Position numbers and translations under genes: made by a program. 64,000 bases of DNA from Sphyrna mokarran. Lineage: Eukaryota. The notes under the pieces are model-generated. The model ran no database searches, had not been told where the DNA came from, and saw only the letters and a list, made by a program, of their open reading frames with translations. Where the stretch lies: NCBI GenBank assembly GCA_024679065.1, contig JAGIQG010000032.1, positions 13,888,001 through 13,952,000 of the forward strand, in the 5' to 3' direction. Position 1 is the stretch's first letter. Each line of letters begins with the position of its first letter. Of the stretch, positions 1 to 13,105 are shown one piece after another.

Positions 1-454
1 AGTACTTCAAATCAGCATCCTTCAGCTCAGGAAGCAGATAGCAAAGATAAGAAAGTAAAGTAAGAGAAGAGAAATACTAACTTTAAATGGAAGAGAGTTT
101 GTATAAAAGGGAATGACAAAGTCAAAAGATAAGCCATAGGATGCTAAAAGCTTTGGTAGATCTGCCAGAAATTGATGAATTTTTATACTTAGACGACCAT
201 CAATATTTTTGAAATGTGTCAGCTATATCAAATGAATTATAGGAGGCTTCAGTGTGAGTTCACAGTGCTTAGTGCCAATGTGAAAATAAAGAATCAAAAC
301 CTTCAAAATGCTTCAAATCAACTGAATGACATTGAGAGCTCTGATTTTTAAAAATAGAAAAGAACAGGCTGGCTGAAGAAAAGGAAAAGGTAGTTGGCAA
401 CAAAACTTCAATTGTAGAGAAACAGGTCGAGATGATTAAAGCAAATTACTGCAG

Positions 455-1418
455 GTTACTACAGCAAATAAAATAAGATCCTAAAATGGCAGGTAGGCTT
501 ACTTAGGTGGAGAGTTGAAGAAGATGCTGTGTCTACACTGCTTGCAAAGTAGTATGGTCCAGAGAGACATTTGTTTTGGAAATTAGAGTTAAACAAATGT
601 AATAGCATTCAGTGAACCCTGAAAACTGAACCTATGTCATCATGGAGATGGGTGAGCCTAAGAAGGTACACAGGTTTCAATTTATCTGAGAATTTTGCAG
701 CAGAGGATGAGGCTAGACACTGAAAATATCCTACTGTTAGTAAGCTTCAGGCAGTTAGGGGTCAGATAAAGTCCTGGAGCTGCTTGGTGCAACTGAGAGT
801 TTCAGTTTGGACTTTCCGTGGTTTGCAGCTCATACAGGGGGGTCAGAAAACAGTTCAGTACAGTTTATACTCAGGAGAAGTTCTGGGAGCTTGAGAAGGC
901 AGCTCGTTCTGTGCTAGAGAAGGTTTGGGCTCAGAGAAATACAAGGGCAGTACCAGTTTTACGAAGCTTCTGGTTTCAGAAGGAGCTAGAATTATGCTGC
1001 TAATTAGAGGTAGGAGTGCAGATATGAATTCCGGAGAAAGCACTGGGAGTTGAACTGAAGAGCTGAAATTCCTCATGAGGAAGAGAGAGATTTAACAAGA
1101 TTTTGTGACTCAGTGGTCACTGACATCTAGTTGGGTTACTGAGAAATCCATGGGATCACTCGTGGTTTCATTTGCCATTTAATATGCTGTGAGGTATGTT
1201 TGAGCACAGTTTATCTATTAATACATATTTACTTCATTTTAATTCTGAATGCTAAAGAATAAGATAGATTGTTTTACATTTTTGAAGTTGCATAATGAAG
1301 TTTATTTCTGTTTGTTTAAAATTCTAGACTCTTGGGTATTTATTCTTCTAGTGGATAACTGAAAGTTCAAACTTTGTCTACTAAACAAAAAGTTATTGAT
1401 CCCAAACCAGACTGTAAC
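455..1418 (+). mobile_element. Probable solo LTR (~1 kb)
   Basis: Ends in ...ctgtaaca with an AT-rich U5-like 3' part. Layout resembles 38707-39701. The 5' boundary is uncertain and there is no clear TSD. Confidence 0.4.
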
Positions 1419-1439
1419 AAGTCCTCTCAGGGTGTGTTA

Positions 1440-1900
1440 CCTGAGAATGAGTCACATTAGGACATCAACCAAAATCTTCTAGTTAATGAAGGAAATAAGC
1501 TGACTATGCTATGTGATCAAAAGGTCTGATGGGCAGTTTCACCTCTATGGAAACCTGTCTTTTAAGAGAGTTATCTATACAGGTGTCATTAAAATTACCA
1601 CAAATACAAGAAATACAATGGCTATTCAAGAATTTAATGAAATAATGAAGTAATATTTAACGTAGAATGGATGGCCTGTAATATTTGTATCAATGGTAAA
1701 CGCTTCTCAGAATATTGGGCTCTGAGAAGAAAGGAACAACCAATTTAAATTCTTGTACTTGCAGAGGCAGACTAACAGTGTGATTAAACCGCCTTTCCCT
1801 GAATAGATCAAAGGAGTAAAATTAGCAGTAAGCAGACTGCTTGTGCAACAGAATAACTTTGTGTAGGTAAAACTGTAGCAGAGAGGAAGGCAAACTGAAA
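1440..1900 (+). mobile_element. Highly decayed Gypsy-type pol remnant (RNase H-integrase linker)
   Basis: Fragmentary translation EIMK*YLT*NGWP followed, after a frameshift, by EYWALRRK, resembling the GWP / PYW..R motifs of Gypsy pol. Confidence 0.3.
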
Positions 1901-2479
1901 GCTGAGCATCTTGCCTTACTGTGCTACAGGGAAATGAGCAGCACCGCTGTGACAGAGTCATCAGAACACTGAGCCTCAAGGTTAATTACAATCCCACAGG
2001 AGGGCATTGCTGCACAGCAGTACTTGATGCTTCCAAGAAAGCAAGTAAAACCGTAGCACACCTGTCAAATGGCCTTGCTGATGGAATGACATCATGTGAT
2101 AATATTTCTTGAAAATACAAAGGTGCAAAACTCCCACAGCATTCAAAAGTGTGCTAGGTTAAAGCAGTGTGAGCCTGCATTTACATGCCATTTTTCAACT
2201 AGTTTTAACATTAAAAGGTCAGAAGCATTATTTATTTATCATAATTTATAAACATTTATAATTTGAATAAATATTGCACGTATATTCATTGTAAAAAATT
2301 AAATACAACAGGATCACTGAGGGAGGTATAATTCTTTAACCTCAAAAATATTCAAGAAATACACATTGAAGATATTCAAAATTATGGTGTTGTAATATGA
2401 TAAATAGGTTCGCACAATATCAGGGTCTAAAAAGACGAACATAGTTTGGAATAGAAATATCTGCACACTTGGCCAAATG

Positions 2480-2620
2480 ACCACCCTTGGTTAAAGTTGA
2501 AGGGATCCAATGAAAAGCTTGTGACAATGGCATCAGAGAATGAAGAGGATTCTTGATTGTTGAGTCAATGAGGATCACATACTTTTGTAACATGTGCCAC
2601 ATCAATTAGCCCCATTCCAT
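2480..2620 (-). mobile_element. Possible PIF/Harbinger transposase relic
   Basis: Minus-strand GLIDVAHV followed in another frame by HSL resembles the GAIDGTHV...GFHSL DDE motif; very short and degenerate. Confidence 0.25.
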
Positions 2621-2629
2621 GAAAATACA

Positions 2630-5290
2630 TTGAACATATGAATGAGGAGGAGGTCACTTGGCCCCTTGGGCCTAATTCATCATTCAATAAAATCATGATT
2701 GTAACTTCGAATCTGCCTTTCTGCCTTGTCCCAATAGCTTTTCCACACTGTTTTTGTCAAGAATCTATCTGGCTCTGCCTTACAAATATTCAATGAGGAA
2801 GAGAGTTCTAGAGACTCACAACCTTCACAGAAGAAAATTCCCTCATCTGTCTTAATTAAGGGACCCCTTACTTTTAAACAGCTGTCCCTAAATTTAGATT
2901 CTCTTACAAGAGGAAATATCCTCAACACATTCAGTCTGTCAATATTCATCAGGATCTTAAAAGGTTTTGATCAAGTCACCTCTAAACTTTAGTGGATACA
3001 AACCTAACCTCCCCCAACCTTTCCTCATAAGACAACCTGCCCATTCCCTGCTTCTAACATATTTACATATTTCCTTAAAGGAGACCAAAACTGTGCACAA
3101 TACTCCAGACGTGGTCTCACTAATGCTGTGTACAGCTGAATCATAATCTTTTACAATCCATTCCCCTCACAATAAATGATAACATTCTATTAGTTTTCCT
3201 AATTCCTTGCTATACCTACATATTAGTCTCTTGTTATTCATGCACAAGAACAACCAGATCACTCTGCATCTCAGAACTCTGCAATCTCTCACCATTTAGA
3301 TAAGAAGCTTATTTTTATTCTTCCAGCCAAAATGGACAATTTCACATTTGCCTACATTATACTCCATTTGCCAGATTCTTGCATATTCATTTAACTATGA
3401 CCCTTTGTAGCCCACTTATGTCGTCTTCACAATTTGCTTTTTGACCTGTCTTTGCATCATCAGCAAATTTAGGTGCATCAGCCTTATTAAACTGCTCCTT
3501 AGTATCCAAATATGTGTAGGTTAGGTGTATTAGCCAAGGGAAAATGCAAAGTTACAAGGATAAGGTAGAAGGGAGGGATTGACCGGAATGCTTTCTCAGA
3601 GTTAGAATCGATGGGTCAAATGGCCTCTTGTGCACTATAGGAATTCTATGGTTATATGGTTCTAAGTCATTTATATAAATCGCAAAAAGTTAATGCCCCA
3701 GCATTGATCCCTGTGGCACACCACTCATTAATCCTGCCAACCAGAATAAGACCTATTTATGACAACTCTGTTTCTTGTTAGCTAGCCAATTTTCAATCAC
3801 TGCAATATATCATCCACTCTACAATGAATTTTCACTTTATGTAATAACCTTTGATCGGTACTTTATCGTATGTCTTCTGGAAATTAAATATAGTACACCC
3901 ATAGGTTCTCCTTTATTCACATGCATGACTCCTCCAGAAAACTCCATTGATTAAACATGATTTCTCTTTCACAAAACCATGCTGACTCTGTCCAAAGGCC
4001 TTGAATTTTCCCAACTGCCCTGCCATAATATCTTAAATAATTGCTTAACTGGTCTGTAGGTTTCTGCTTTCTGTCTCTCTTTTTCATTAAAGGAGTTACA
4101 TTTTCTTTCTTCCAATCTAAAGGGACCTTCCTCAAATCTAGAGAATTTTGGAGAATTAAAACCAAATATTTCAACCCTCTCATTGGCCATTTCTTTCAAG
4201 ATCTTAGGATCAAGCGCATCTAACCACAGGATTTGTCAGTCCCAACAATTTGTTTAATATCACTTTCCTGGTGATTGTAATTTTCCTTATTTCATCCCTC
4301 ACTTCCATTCCTGATTGATAGCTATCCCCTATAATGAAGACGGATGCAAAATACCTTTTCAATTCATTTGCCATAGCCCTACTTTCTATTACCAATTCCC
4401 AGATACACTCCCTACTGGACTAGTGCTCACTTTGCTAACTCTTTCCTTATTTGAATATCTATTGAAACTTGTACTGTTGCTTTATATTATTGACCAACTT
4501 TCTTGTATACTCTAATGTTTCCCTTCTTATCATTGTCATTCTTTGATATTCTTTATATTGTTTCCAATCATTTGGCCCACTATTCATCTTTGTGCAAATT
4601 TCTGCTTTATCTTTAAGTTTAATACTGTCTTTAAGTTCTTCTTAGCTTACTACAGAAAATGAGCCCTCCTTTTGGAATCTTTCATTCTCAGTAGAATGTG
4701 TCATATTTACTAGTTCACTTTAGCAACCTCTGCTTTCATACTCTCATTGTCATCTTTATTTAAATTTAAAATACTAGTTTTGAACTGATTCTTGTCTCCC
4801 TCAGATTGGATATAAAATTAAATTATATTATGATTATGAGAATCCAGAGGTGCCTTCACAGTGAGGTTATCAATTAATACTCTCTCATTATATGATGCAA
4901 TATAATCTCATATAGCCTACCCTCTGGTTGGCTCCAGAATATGTTGTTCTAATAAACTACCCCCAAAACATGAACTACCTTTGCCCATACATAGGTTAAA
5001 ATTCCCCATGATTATTGCAATAGCTTTCTTATAAGCTCCCATTATCTTTTCTTTTATACTTTGTTCTACTGTGTAATTGTAACTAAGGGCCTGTATGCAC
5101 TCCGCAAGTGATTTCTTGCTTTTGTAATTTCTCATCTCAAATCAAAACTGTTTTTACAAACTGCTTTCCTGAATTTAGGTCATCCCTCTCTCATACACTA
5201 ACACCATTATTAATTAACAGAGCTTCCCTCCACTCTTTCTTAACTTCCTGTCCTTCCTAAACATCACATACCCTTAACATCCAGGTCCCA
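2630..5290 (-). mobile_element. CR1-clade LINE fragment (ORF2 endonuclease/RT to 3' tail), decayed
   Basis: ORFs 2680-2949, 3917-4183 (VPLDWKKENVTPL), 3969-4199 (ETYRPV) and 4917-5135 (IIMGNFN) are typical CR1 ORF2 pieces. Confidence 0.85.
3480..3650 (+). mobile_element. 3' half of an HE1-like SINE nested in the CR1
   Basis: caaatatgtgtaggttaggtgtattagcc ... gatgggtcaaatggcctc...gaattctatg tail shared with the other copies. Confidence 0.7.
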
Positions 5291-6539
5291 TATTCAGGAA
5301 AAACTCAACTGGAGAAGTCATATATTTGTCTGAATTTCTCTTGAACTTTTGCATATTTTGTTTTTTTTTAAGGCTAAAGCAGCAACAATGAAAGGAAGCA
5401 CTCACCAAGGAAGGAAATCAGCAATTGATGTTCAATGCTTTGTTTAGAATTGTGTGCATAGCTTAGCTAATTGAAAATCTAATTTCAAGGTATTTTGTTA
5501 GTAAGATTTTACAATTAAGGCGTTTTCCTAGCTTTGGAATTTAGCCCAAACTTCTGTCTGGGTATAGGAAATTTTGACAGGAAGACTGCAGTCTGCAACA
5601 TTGCAATGTAAGGAATTTCACAACAAAGGAACCTAAATAAAAGGAACAAAATGAAGGAAACTGACTTGAAAATGAAACAGTGGGGTTATTCCTTAAGCAG
5701 TGATGTCACTTTTCAAATAAGGTCCATTAGAAATCTCAAAAGAACATAATTTTTATGGGTCAACTATTTATACAATTATTCACAGCTCCAGCTGCAGATA
5801 TGAACATGTACTTAGAACACATGAGCAGTTGGACCTGGAAGAATGCATGTAGATAAAATTGAAAGAGATTTGAATAAGTGAAGTTTATAATAATAGTTAA
5901 GAAAAATTCCTACAGCCTTTACAAAAGCTCAAATGTTACCATAATCTGTTGGCAGCCTTTGACAAGGTTAAGGGGGATATTGCTAAGAAGTGAGATATCT
6001 ACACACAAGTGACAGACACAGTCAGCGGCCATGACCTCCCACCCCCTCTCTGTTTGATAGAGTCGCAGTAGACATGAAGTTGCATGAGATGGTTGTGAGA
6101 AGGTACTTTTGTTTATCAGTCAACCACAGCATACTTATGCATAATGTACCTAGTAAGATGTGGAGGTAAGTTGAAAGCTCCGGTTGTGCCAATTCTATGC
6201 TGCCCTTAGTCGTAGGATAGCTCAGCCCAGCATCTGGGATTTTCCCTGACCCTCAATCTGTGGAATATTTGCCAAGGTCATTTCCAGGTTGGCCTAACAT
6301 ACTTTGTAACTGGTGGCATCTTGCCTAATATGGTCAGTCAGGCAACGCTAGCAGATGTCACCCTGACTTGCATTCTTTTATCCAGTACCATTGAAAATGA
6401 CATGGTTGTTAAGCTTTTGAAAAACTATGCAGAATTATAGGTGGACAGGACAGGTTGTCACTGATTGTCACTGTCATTCAACCTGTTGCCACAACCATTC
6501 TTGGATGAACTGGAATTTTTTTAATGGTTAAATCATTCT

Positions 6540-7960
6540 ACAAGAGTTAGAGACTCTGCACAGACTTATCTTCTTTTAAATCAAGGTATGTGCACCTTCA
6601 TGGATAGATATAGTGGTGCATAGATAGTCTTTTGCAAAGCAATGCCACTTCATCTTAATTCATCCACATATGTACAAGTGACTATTAATTTTGTCCCAGA
6701 GTATAATTTCTAAATGAATTCCCAACCCGAGGCTAAATTGACTGGACTAAATATTCGAATCTTGTTTTGGCCGAGTGTGTAACATTTCTTCAGTCTTCTG
6801 GCATGACCATATATCTCTGCTTTTCCACCCCTAACTTCCCTCAATATCCTTGGGTGCATTTCGTCTGGTCCTGGTGACATAATTTTAAAATATAACCAGC
6901 CTTTATAAAACCTCCTCTTTCTAAACCCTGTGTTTTAACTGCCTTTTCTTTCACTATGTCTTCAGCAACACTTTTTTATTGGCAAAGGCAAGTGGCTCAA
7001 TTATAATTTTGCCTGCAAATCTTTTGCTCCAATTTTCACAAGCCAATTCATTTTCCATCTTACTTAGATTGGCCCTTCACTAAAAATTTTTTTACTTTAG
7101 ATTGTTTCTTTTCTGTCTTTGTTCATAGCTAACTTAAACTTATGATGCTACGATCACTCGTGTGGTACCTTTGCCAGAGCCTTGGTTCCATATATAAAAT
7201 CCCTCTGTGGCCCTAAATGGCCTCATATCTCTCTTTAGTAATTTTTTTTTACTGTTTTTATGCCTTTGGATTCTTATTTGATAGTCTCTTATCATACTTT
7301 CTCTTTGCTTCTCATTTCTTCTTTCACTTCTCCTCTGAACTTCCTAGATTCAGTTTGGTCTTCACTTATATTATCGAACCTTATATCTGTCTGACTTCTT
7401 ATCTCACAAAAACAAGTTAAAGCCCAACAGGTTTATTTGGAATCACAAACTTTCAGAGCGCTGCTCCTTCAACAGGTGATAAGGGAGCTCACTTTGCTCA
7501 CGTGATGAAGGAGCAGCACTCCAAAAGCTCGTGATTCCAAATAAACCTGTTGGACTTTAACCTGATGTGTGAGACTTCTTACTGTGCCCACCCCAGTCCA
7601 AGATTAGTATCTCCACATTCTACTCTCTATCATTTTATAAACACAGGGAGCTATGGTATTGTTTCTCCTAGCTTACCCCTTCATAAGAATATCCCTCAAC
7701 TATAGCCAAACCACCTCCTCTTTGGAGGCAGCAAATTATCCTGTTACAATTTTGCCTGCTGACTTTTCATTTCAATTTACCTGATCCAGATTTGCTCTCA
7801 TCCACTGAAATCGGCCTTTTTCTAATTAACTACATGATTGCCCCCTGTCCATTTTTCTACTAACCTAAACCTTACGATAGTATGATCATTGTCCTAAAAT
7901 ATTCCCCTATTGACACTTGATCCCACCTCATTTCCCAGAATCAGATTCAGTGATGTCTCT
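6540..7960 (-). mobile_element. Old CR1-like LINE fragments, interrupted by the Penelope-type palindrome
   Basis: Degenerate antisense CR1 ORF2 phrases (e.g. ccttgggtgcatttcgtctggtcctggtgac; tatgatcattgtcc). Confidence 0.55.
7402..7618. mobile_element. Penelope-like element pLTR inverted repeat (family 1) with two decayed minimal hammerhead ribozyme motifs
   Basis: Arms 7402-7479 and 7498-7574 are reverse complements around an 18-nt spacer. Their consensus is TCAC-CTGATGA-A-GGAGC-AGC-GCTCC-GAAA-GC-TC-GTGA. Confidence 0.8.
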
Positions 7961-8485
7961 TTTTATTATGTCAAGTTGTCATAAGAGTATGGGACATGGA
8001 ATAATGAGGGATCAGTTACGGAGGATCAAACTAAAAGATTTGGAAAAAGGCAGTTGGAATGGCCTAGAACAAAAAACTGCAGAGAATGTTAACAATTCAC
8101 AATATCCCCAAGTAGATGAAGAAGCGTCCCATAAATGCAAAGAAAGGTAGCTAAATGACAACTATTGATATAGCAACAAGGAGTAGTAGTTTGTATAGAA
8201 GAATGATAATGGCAATAAAATAAAAAGTAGCATTTGATAGCAACCAATCACCAACTCAAGATGGATGAGAAGGGCTACAATGTGGAGCTTTTCTCCACAA
8301 ATGTGACCAGACTGGCCTAGCATTTTCTGTATTTCAGATTTTCAGCATGCACATGATTTTGCTTTTGGAATCCAAGGGTTTGTTCTTAATCATTATGGTC
8401 GATTTCAACATTTCAGGTGTAAAGCAAACACGTTAGGAACAAACAAAATATTGTAATGAAAGTGGGAAGAAATTGCACACAAATA

Positions 8486-8749
8486 GGGTGGCATGATGGC
8501 ACAATGGTTAGCACTGCTACCTCACAGCACCCCAGATTCAATTCCTGGCTTGAGTCTCTGCCTGGGTGGAGTTTGCATGTCCTCCTCGTGGCTGTGTGAA
8601 TTGGCCATGCTAAATTGCCCCTTGTCAGGGGGACTAGCCAGGGTAAATGCATGGGATTGTGAGGTTAAGACCTGGGTGGGCAGGGAGGGGGGTGGTCAGT
8701 GCAGACTTGATGGGCCAAATGGCCTCCTTCTGCAGTGTAGGATTCTATG
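8486..8749 (+). mobile_element. HE1-like tRNA-derived SINE
   Basis: A-box tggcacaatgg, B-box-like gattcaattcc, CR1-derived tail gatgggccaaatggcctccttctgcagtgtaggattctatg. Confidence 0.85.
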
Positions 8750-10502
8750 AAATAACATATAAAAGGGGGATTGAGGGAGAAGCTACTTTTAGTTTAGTAT
8801 TTAGTTGTAAATTTGGCACGAGAAATACTCAATGTCCCAAAAACGGACAAACAGAAGTTTGAGTATTCATTGAATTTTCAGAAAACAATGACATTTGTAG
8901 AGCTATTAAAGCAGATTAAGATTGATGGAATTAATGGCAATTTACCACAGATAGAATGAAAGCTGGATTGGCAAATAGTGCAAAATGGTGATAAATGAAA
9001 TGGCTTGAACTGAAAGTTAGCAATGAGTAAAGCTCACAAAATGTACTCAAGCAACTGATGACAGCGTGTAAAGCAGTTAAAATAAACCAACATATTCTGA
9101 GGAACAGCACGCGTTCCCAGTGGAAACTCTTAAGGTAATTCACCTTTGAACAGGAATCAGATGAATGAATCTTACTTTACAACTGTCCAATTGCCAGGTC
9201 GAAAAAGGGAAATGATCTGGGATTGTATATTGCTGTTCAATTTGAATTTTTAAACTGATGTGAAGTTATATTGATCAAGATTGATTCAGACCTGGAAGGA
9301 CCCTTCAAAAAGATCTGTAACAAGAAAGTCAATTTTAAAAAATTCAATCTAAATTCAGACTGAACAAGTCAGTGAAACAGCAACACCTAACAGGGGCTGC
9401 ATATTTGTAACTGAAGTTTATTTTTTTCCCTTCAACTTCCTCTGGACCAAGGATTGACATTATTGCAGAAAGCCTTCGGTTTGCTTGGGCTGTGTGCAAA
9501 ACATTTCACATTAATCACAAAACCTTCTATTTGTAAGTTTTCTCTTTACAGCACTGCTGGAAACAATATTTGTGTAGATTTATTTTTTGCAAATAAATAA
9601 AGATATAACAGTGGAAAAATAACTGTGCAGTGTCATCAATCACTCAGGTTAATTTAGTCTCCTAAACTTGCTTCATTAGAAGTGTGGTGTTAAATGTGAC
9701 CAATTTCCACACCTTTATAAACCTAATTTAAGAAACTGCTTTCATCATTCGCAAATACAGCCCATGATGATTCCCAAACTCTTGACAACTTAATGTCAAA
9801 AAAGCAAAGCCAGCCTTGGGAAGACGTCAGGACTCAGGCATATCAAAGTAAATACAAGCTGCTGCTCAGCAGCCAGTCACATACCTGACCAAGCAGAGGA
9901 GCTAATGAGAGTCAGTACAGAGTTACTGGAAGGAGTGGTAGTTTTCCCAGATCAGTAACTTATATATTTCTCACCCTCCAAGCTGAAATTAGTGCTATTT
10001 GAATGACAGTCTGTAACGTCAAGAGCTTCATGTCAATTATTGCCACAGACTCAAAGGAAGTATCTGATTGTTCTATGACAGATTTGCAACTTATACTGCA
10101 GCCAGATTTATGAAGTTCCACCAAAGAATTGGCAGCTTGTGATTTTATATGTGTAAACTTGCATTTTTTAGGTATCTGGCTCCCAAGCATTTTCAAGTAA
10201 TTCTCCTATTAGAAATTAAGATCGTTTCTTATTATTCTTTCCATTGATCTAATGGTATTAAGCTCACCAACTATGGCAAGCCAGGATAATGCCAATTACA
10301 TTAGTGCAGAGCTTTTAAATGTTCTAGTTAAATGCCAATACTTCTTATGGAATTCTTTTTGAGTACAAATTGCTTCCATGATAACTAGCCAAATACACAT
10401 TGTTCTCATTGAATTGTTGCTTGCTTTGCCATGGAGGCCATCCCAATTTAGCTTCATCCTGTTTTCACCCTATAGCCACACACAGTAGGACACATGCAGT
10501 AT

Positions 10503-10855
10503 GGATCACTGATGGCACAGTGGTTAACACTGCTGCCTCATAGCAGCAGGGCTCTGGGTTCAATTCCAGCCTTGGGTGACTGTCTGTGTGGAATTTGCAC
10601 ACATTCTCCCCAAATCTGCACAGGTTTCCTCCGGTGCTCTGGTTTCCTTCTAAAGATGTGCACATTAGCTGGATTGGCCATGCTAAGTTTCCCCAAGTGT
10701 CCCAAGATGTACAGGTTAAGGGGATTAGCATGGTAAACACGTAGAGTTACAGGGATAAAGTGGGATGTGGGCCAGGATAAGATACTCTGTTGAAGAGTCG
10801 GTCAGACTCGATGGGCCAAATAGTTGCCTTCAACACTGTAGTAATTCTATTCTAT
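10503..10855 (+). mobile_element. HE1-like tRNA-derived SINE, near full length
   Basis: A-box tggcacagtgg, B-box ggttcaattcc, shared central body, CR1-like tail. Confidence 0.9.
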
Positions 10856-11099
10856 AATTTGAGTGGCAAACCTCCTGGCTTTTCCCACTTGAAACAAGGG
10901 GTGCTGAAACCAAATGTAATGCCTGGCTGAGACTATTTATTTGTACAAACCTGAAGATGAGTAGATGGCTGAAAGATTGATGAGGGAATAAGACCAGCAC
11001 CAATAGTGGGACAAGAGAAACTATCATAGAGACAAGCCTGAACTAAACTGACACTAGTATTCTAACAGATCCTTAATATTTTCTCCCATATACTTGCAG

Positions 11100-12740
11100 T
11101 ATACATATAGCTGTCGCCAGAACCATAGGACAAAATCCAGTAAGCAGGAGTAGAGGAGTTGGTGGGGAAGAATGTGTGAATGCTGTTGTTGTTGTTGTGG
11201 AGCAATATGTTGAAAATAACAAGTCTGAAACTAAAACAAACAAGAAACCAGAGGTGAAAATAGAACTCTGACCATGGGAAGTTTCAAGGGTAACATAAAT
11301 AGTCAAAGAGTAAATCCACTTATATAAAAAAAATGAAAGCAAATATAAAAACATTAAAAGCAAGGTCAAATATACAATGATTGAAGAAAAATTAAACTGT
11401 CTACAATGACAGCATTCAAAATAAAATAGAAAACAATAATCCATAGCAAAGATGCAGATACAATAGGAATAGCTGAAATATGACTGCACAGTAACTTCAT
11501 TTCAGTGTTAATGTAAGCCTATTTGTGACACTCAAATAAATAAACTTTAAACATTAACAGTACTGGCATCTAAATATTGCAGCTAATAGCATAATCATAA
11601 AGGATAGTAAAGCAAGGGGGTTATGATTGGAGTACTGGTTACATGTAACAAAATAGCAGCTGAGGAAAAAGAACATAATTAACAGAAGGTTAGAAATAGA
11701 ATCCCTACGGATTGAAATAAAAAGTAAGGGATTGATCATATTTATACTAGCAATCATACAGGGCAACAAATTATCAAAATGAGGAAGAAGAAATTTGTGA
11801 AAATTATGTGAAATGAGTAAAATACATAGAATAGTCATCACTAAAGGTCTTACCTACCCCTACATAAACTGAGAAGAGAAGGATGCAAAATGTGCAGAGG
11901 GATTGGAATATACATTTTACAATATGTGCAGGACTCCTTTCTTACTTAGTTAAGAGAAGCATCAATGCAATAGAGATCATAACATAAGATGTAAGAAGTC
12001 CAAAGAATTAAAGTAGATAAAAGCTGCTGTTAAGGGGATGAGAATGCAACTAACAAAATAAACTCAAAATAATTACTGACAAAGAAATGGAACAGAAATG
12101 GGAAACATTTGAAATGATGATCAGTCGAGTTTGGGGGAAATATGTCTCACTAAAAAGTAAAACAGCAAGCAAGTTTTGGTACACCCTGGCTGATTAAAGA
12201 AACTAAAAAAAAATGCATCAAGTAAAATAAAAAAGGAGAGGATGACAAAAAGACAGAAAGAGTGAGGAGAAATGAAAATATAAGGCAAAGAGAAATTACA
12301 CATTGAATTATCAAGGAAGATAATATGAAATATTATTCCTTAGACACAACTAATGAAAAACAAGTTGAAGCACTAGAAACTGAAAATACAATGGAATCAT
12401 CAACTTGCTTTTCAAAATGGAAACTATTGATTAACCTTATTGAATTCTTTGAAGAAGTTACAGTTAGACAAGAGGTAGACAAGAATAATGTGGTATATTA
12501 ATATATTTAGATTTCCAATACAGCTCATTTGTATGGTACCACATACTAGATTCATGACTAAAATGAGAACAGGTGAAGTCAAGGAACAAGTAAAAGAATG
12601 AATAGAATGCTGGCTAAAAAAGGAAAAAAGTGACTAGGACCGGCAAAAGTGGCATTTCACAAAGAGTGGTACTGGGATAACAACTGATTGAGACCTGGGA
12701 TTGAAAATTACTATTTCAAAATTTGCAAAGCACTTCAAAG
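11100..12740 (+). mobile_element. Old CR1-like LINE ORF2 fragments, with a SINE tail at ~11489-11550
   Basis: ttgattaaccttattgaattctttgaagaagttac (L.NLIEFFEEVT) and ttagatttc...ggtaccacat (LDF...VPH) RT motifs. Confidence 0.65.
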
Positions 12741-12758
12741 TAGTCTTGGGAGATGGGG

Positions 12759-12760
<2 letters not shown>

Positions 12761-12789
<29 letters not shown>

Positions 12790-12808
12790 TGGGGGGGGGG
12801 GGGAGGGG
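12761..12808 (+). repeat. Poly-G tract (G29 T G13 A G4)
   Basis: Direct reading. Confidence 0.9.
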
Positions 12809-12959
12809 AGAGCTGTTGTGGATCATTTTCTCTTATGACAGTTGGCATGGAAAAAGCTACATTTGAATGGCTTTCATGTTGAGTCATAAAGAAGCCACTT
12901 CACTGCGTCTTGGATCAGATATTTATCTTGAACTGCTCTTACAAACATACGCATGATTT

Positions 12960-13105
12960 TCCTCCCCAGCAACACTGGATGTATTCACACTCAGGAACTG
13001 CAGCGGTTCAAAAAGGCAGCTCGCCACCACCCTCTCAAAGGCAATTAGAATGGGCAATAAATGCTAGCTTAGCCAGCGATGCCTGCATCCTGTGTATGAA
13101 CTTTT
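12960..13105 (+). mobile_element. LINE 3' tail (CR1/L2 type); related copies at ~61560-61800 (+), ~63205-63275 (-) and ~63600-64000 (+)
   Basis: ctgcagcggttcaaaaaggcagctcgccaccaccctctcaaaggcaattagaatgggcaataaatgc recurs at 61700-61790. Confidence 0.7.

Noticed and set aside
1938-1955. REST/RE1 site (CAGCACC...GACAG)
   Set aside because: Half-site spacing and the right half do not fit the consensus
8486-8560. SINE heads as tRNA genes
   Set aside because: A/B boxes are present but there is no cloverleaf, and they continue into SINE bodies
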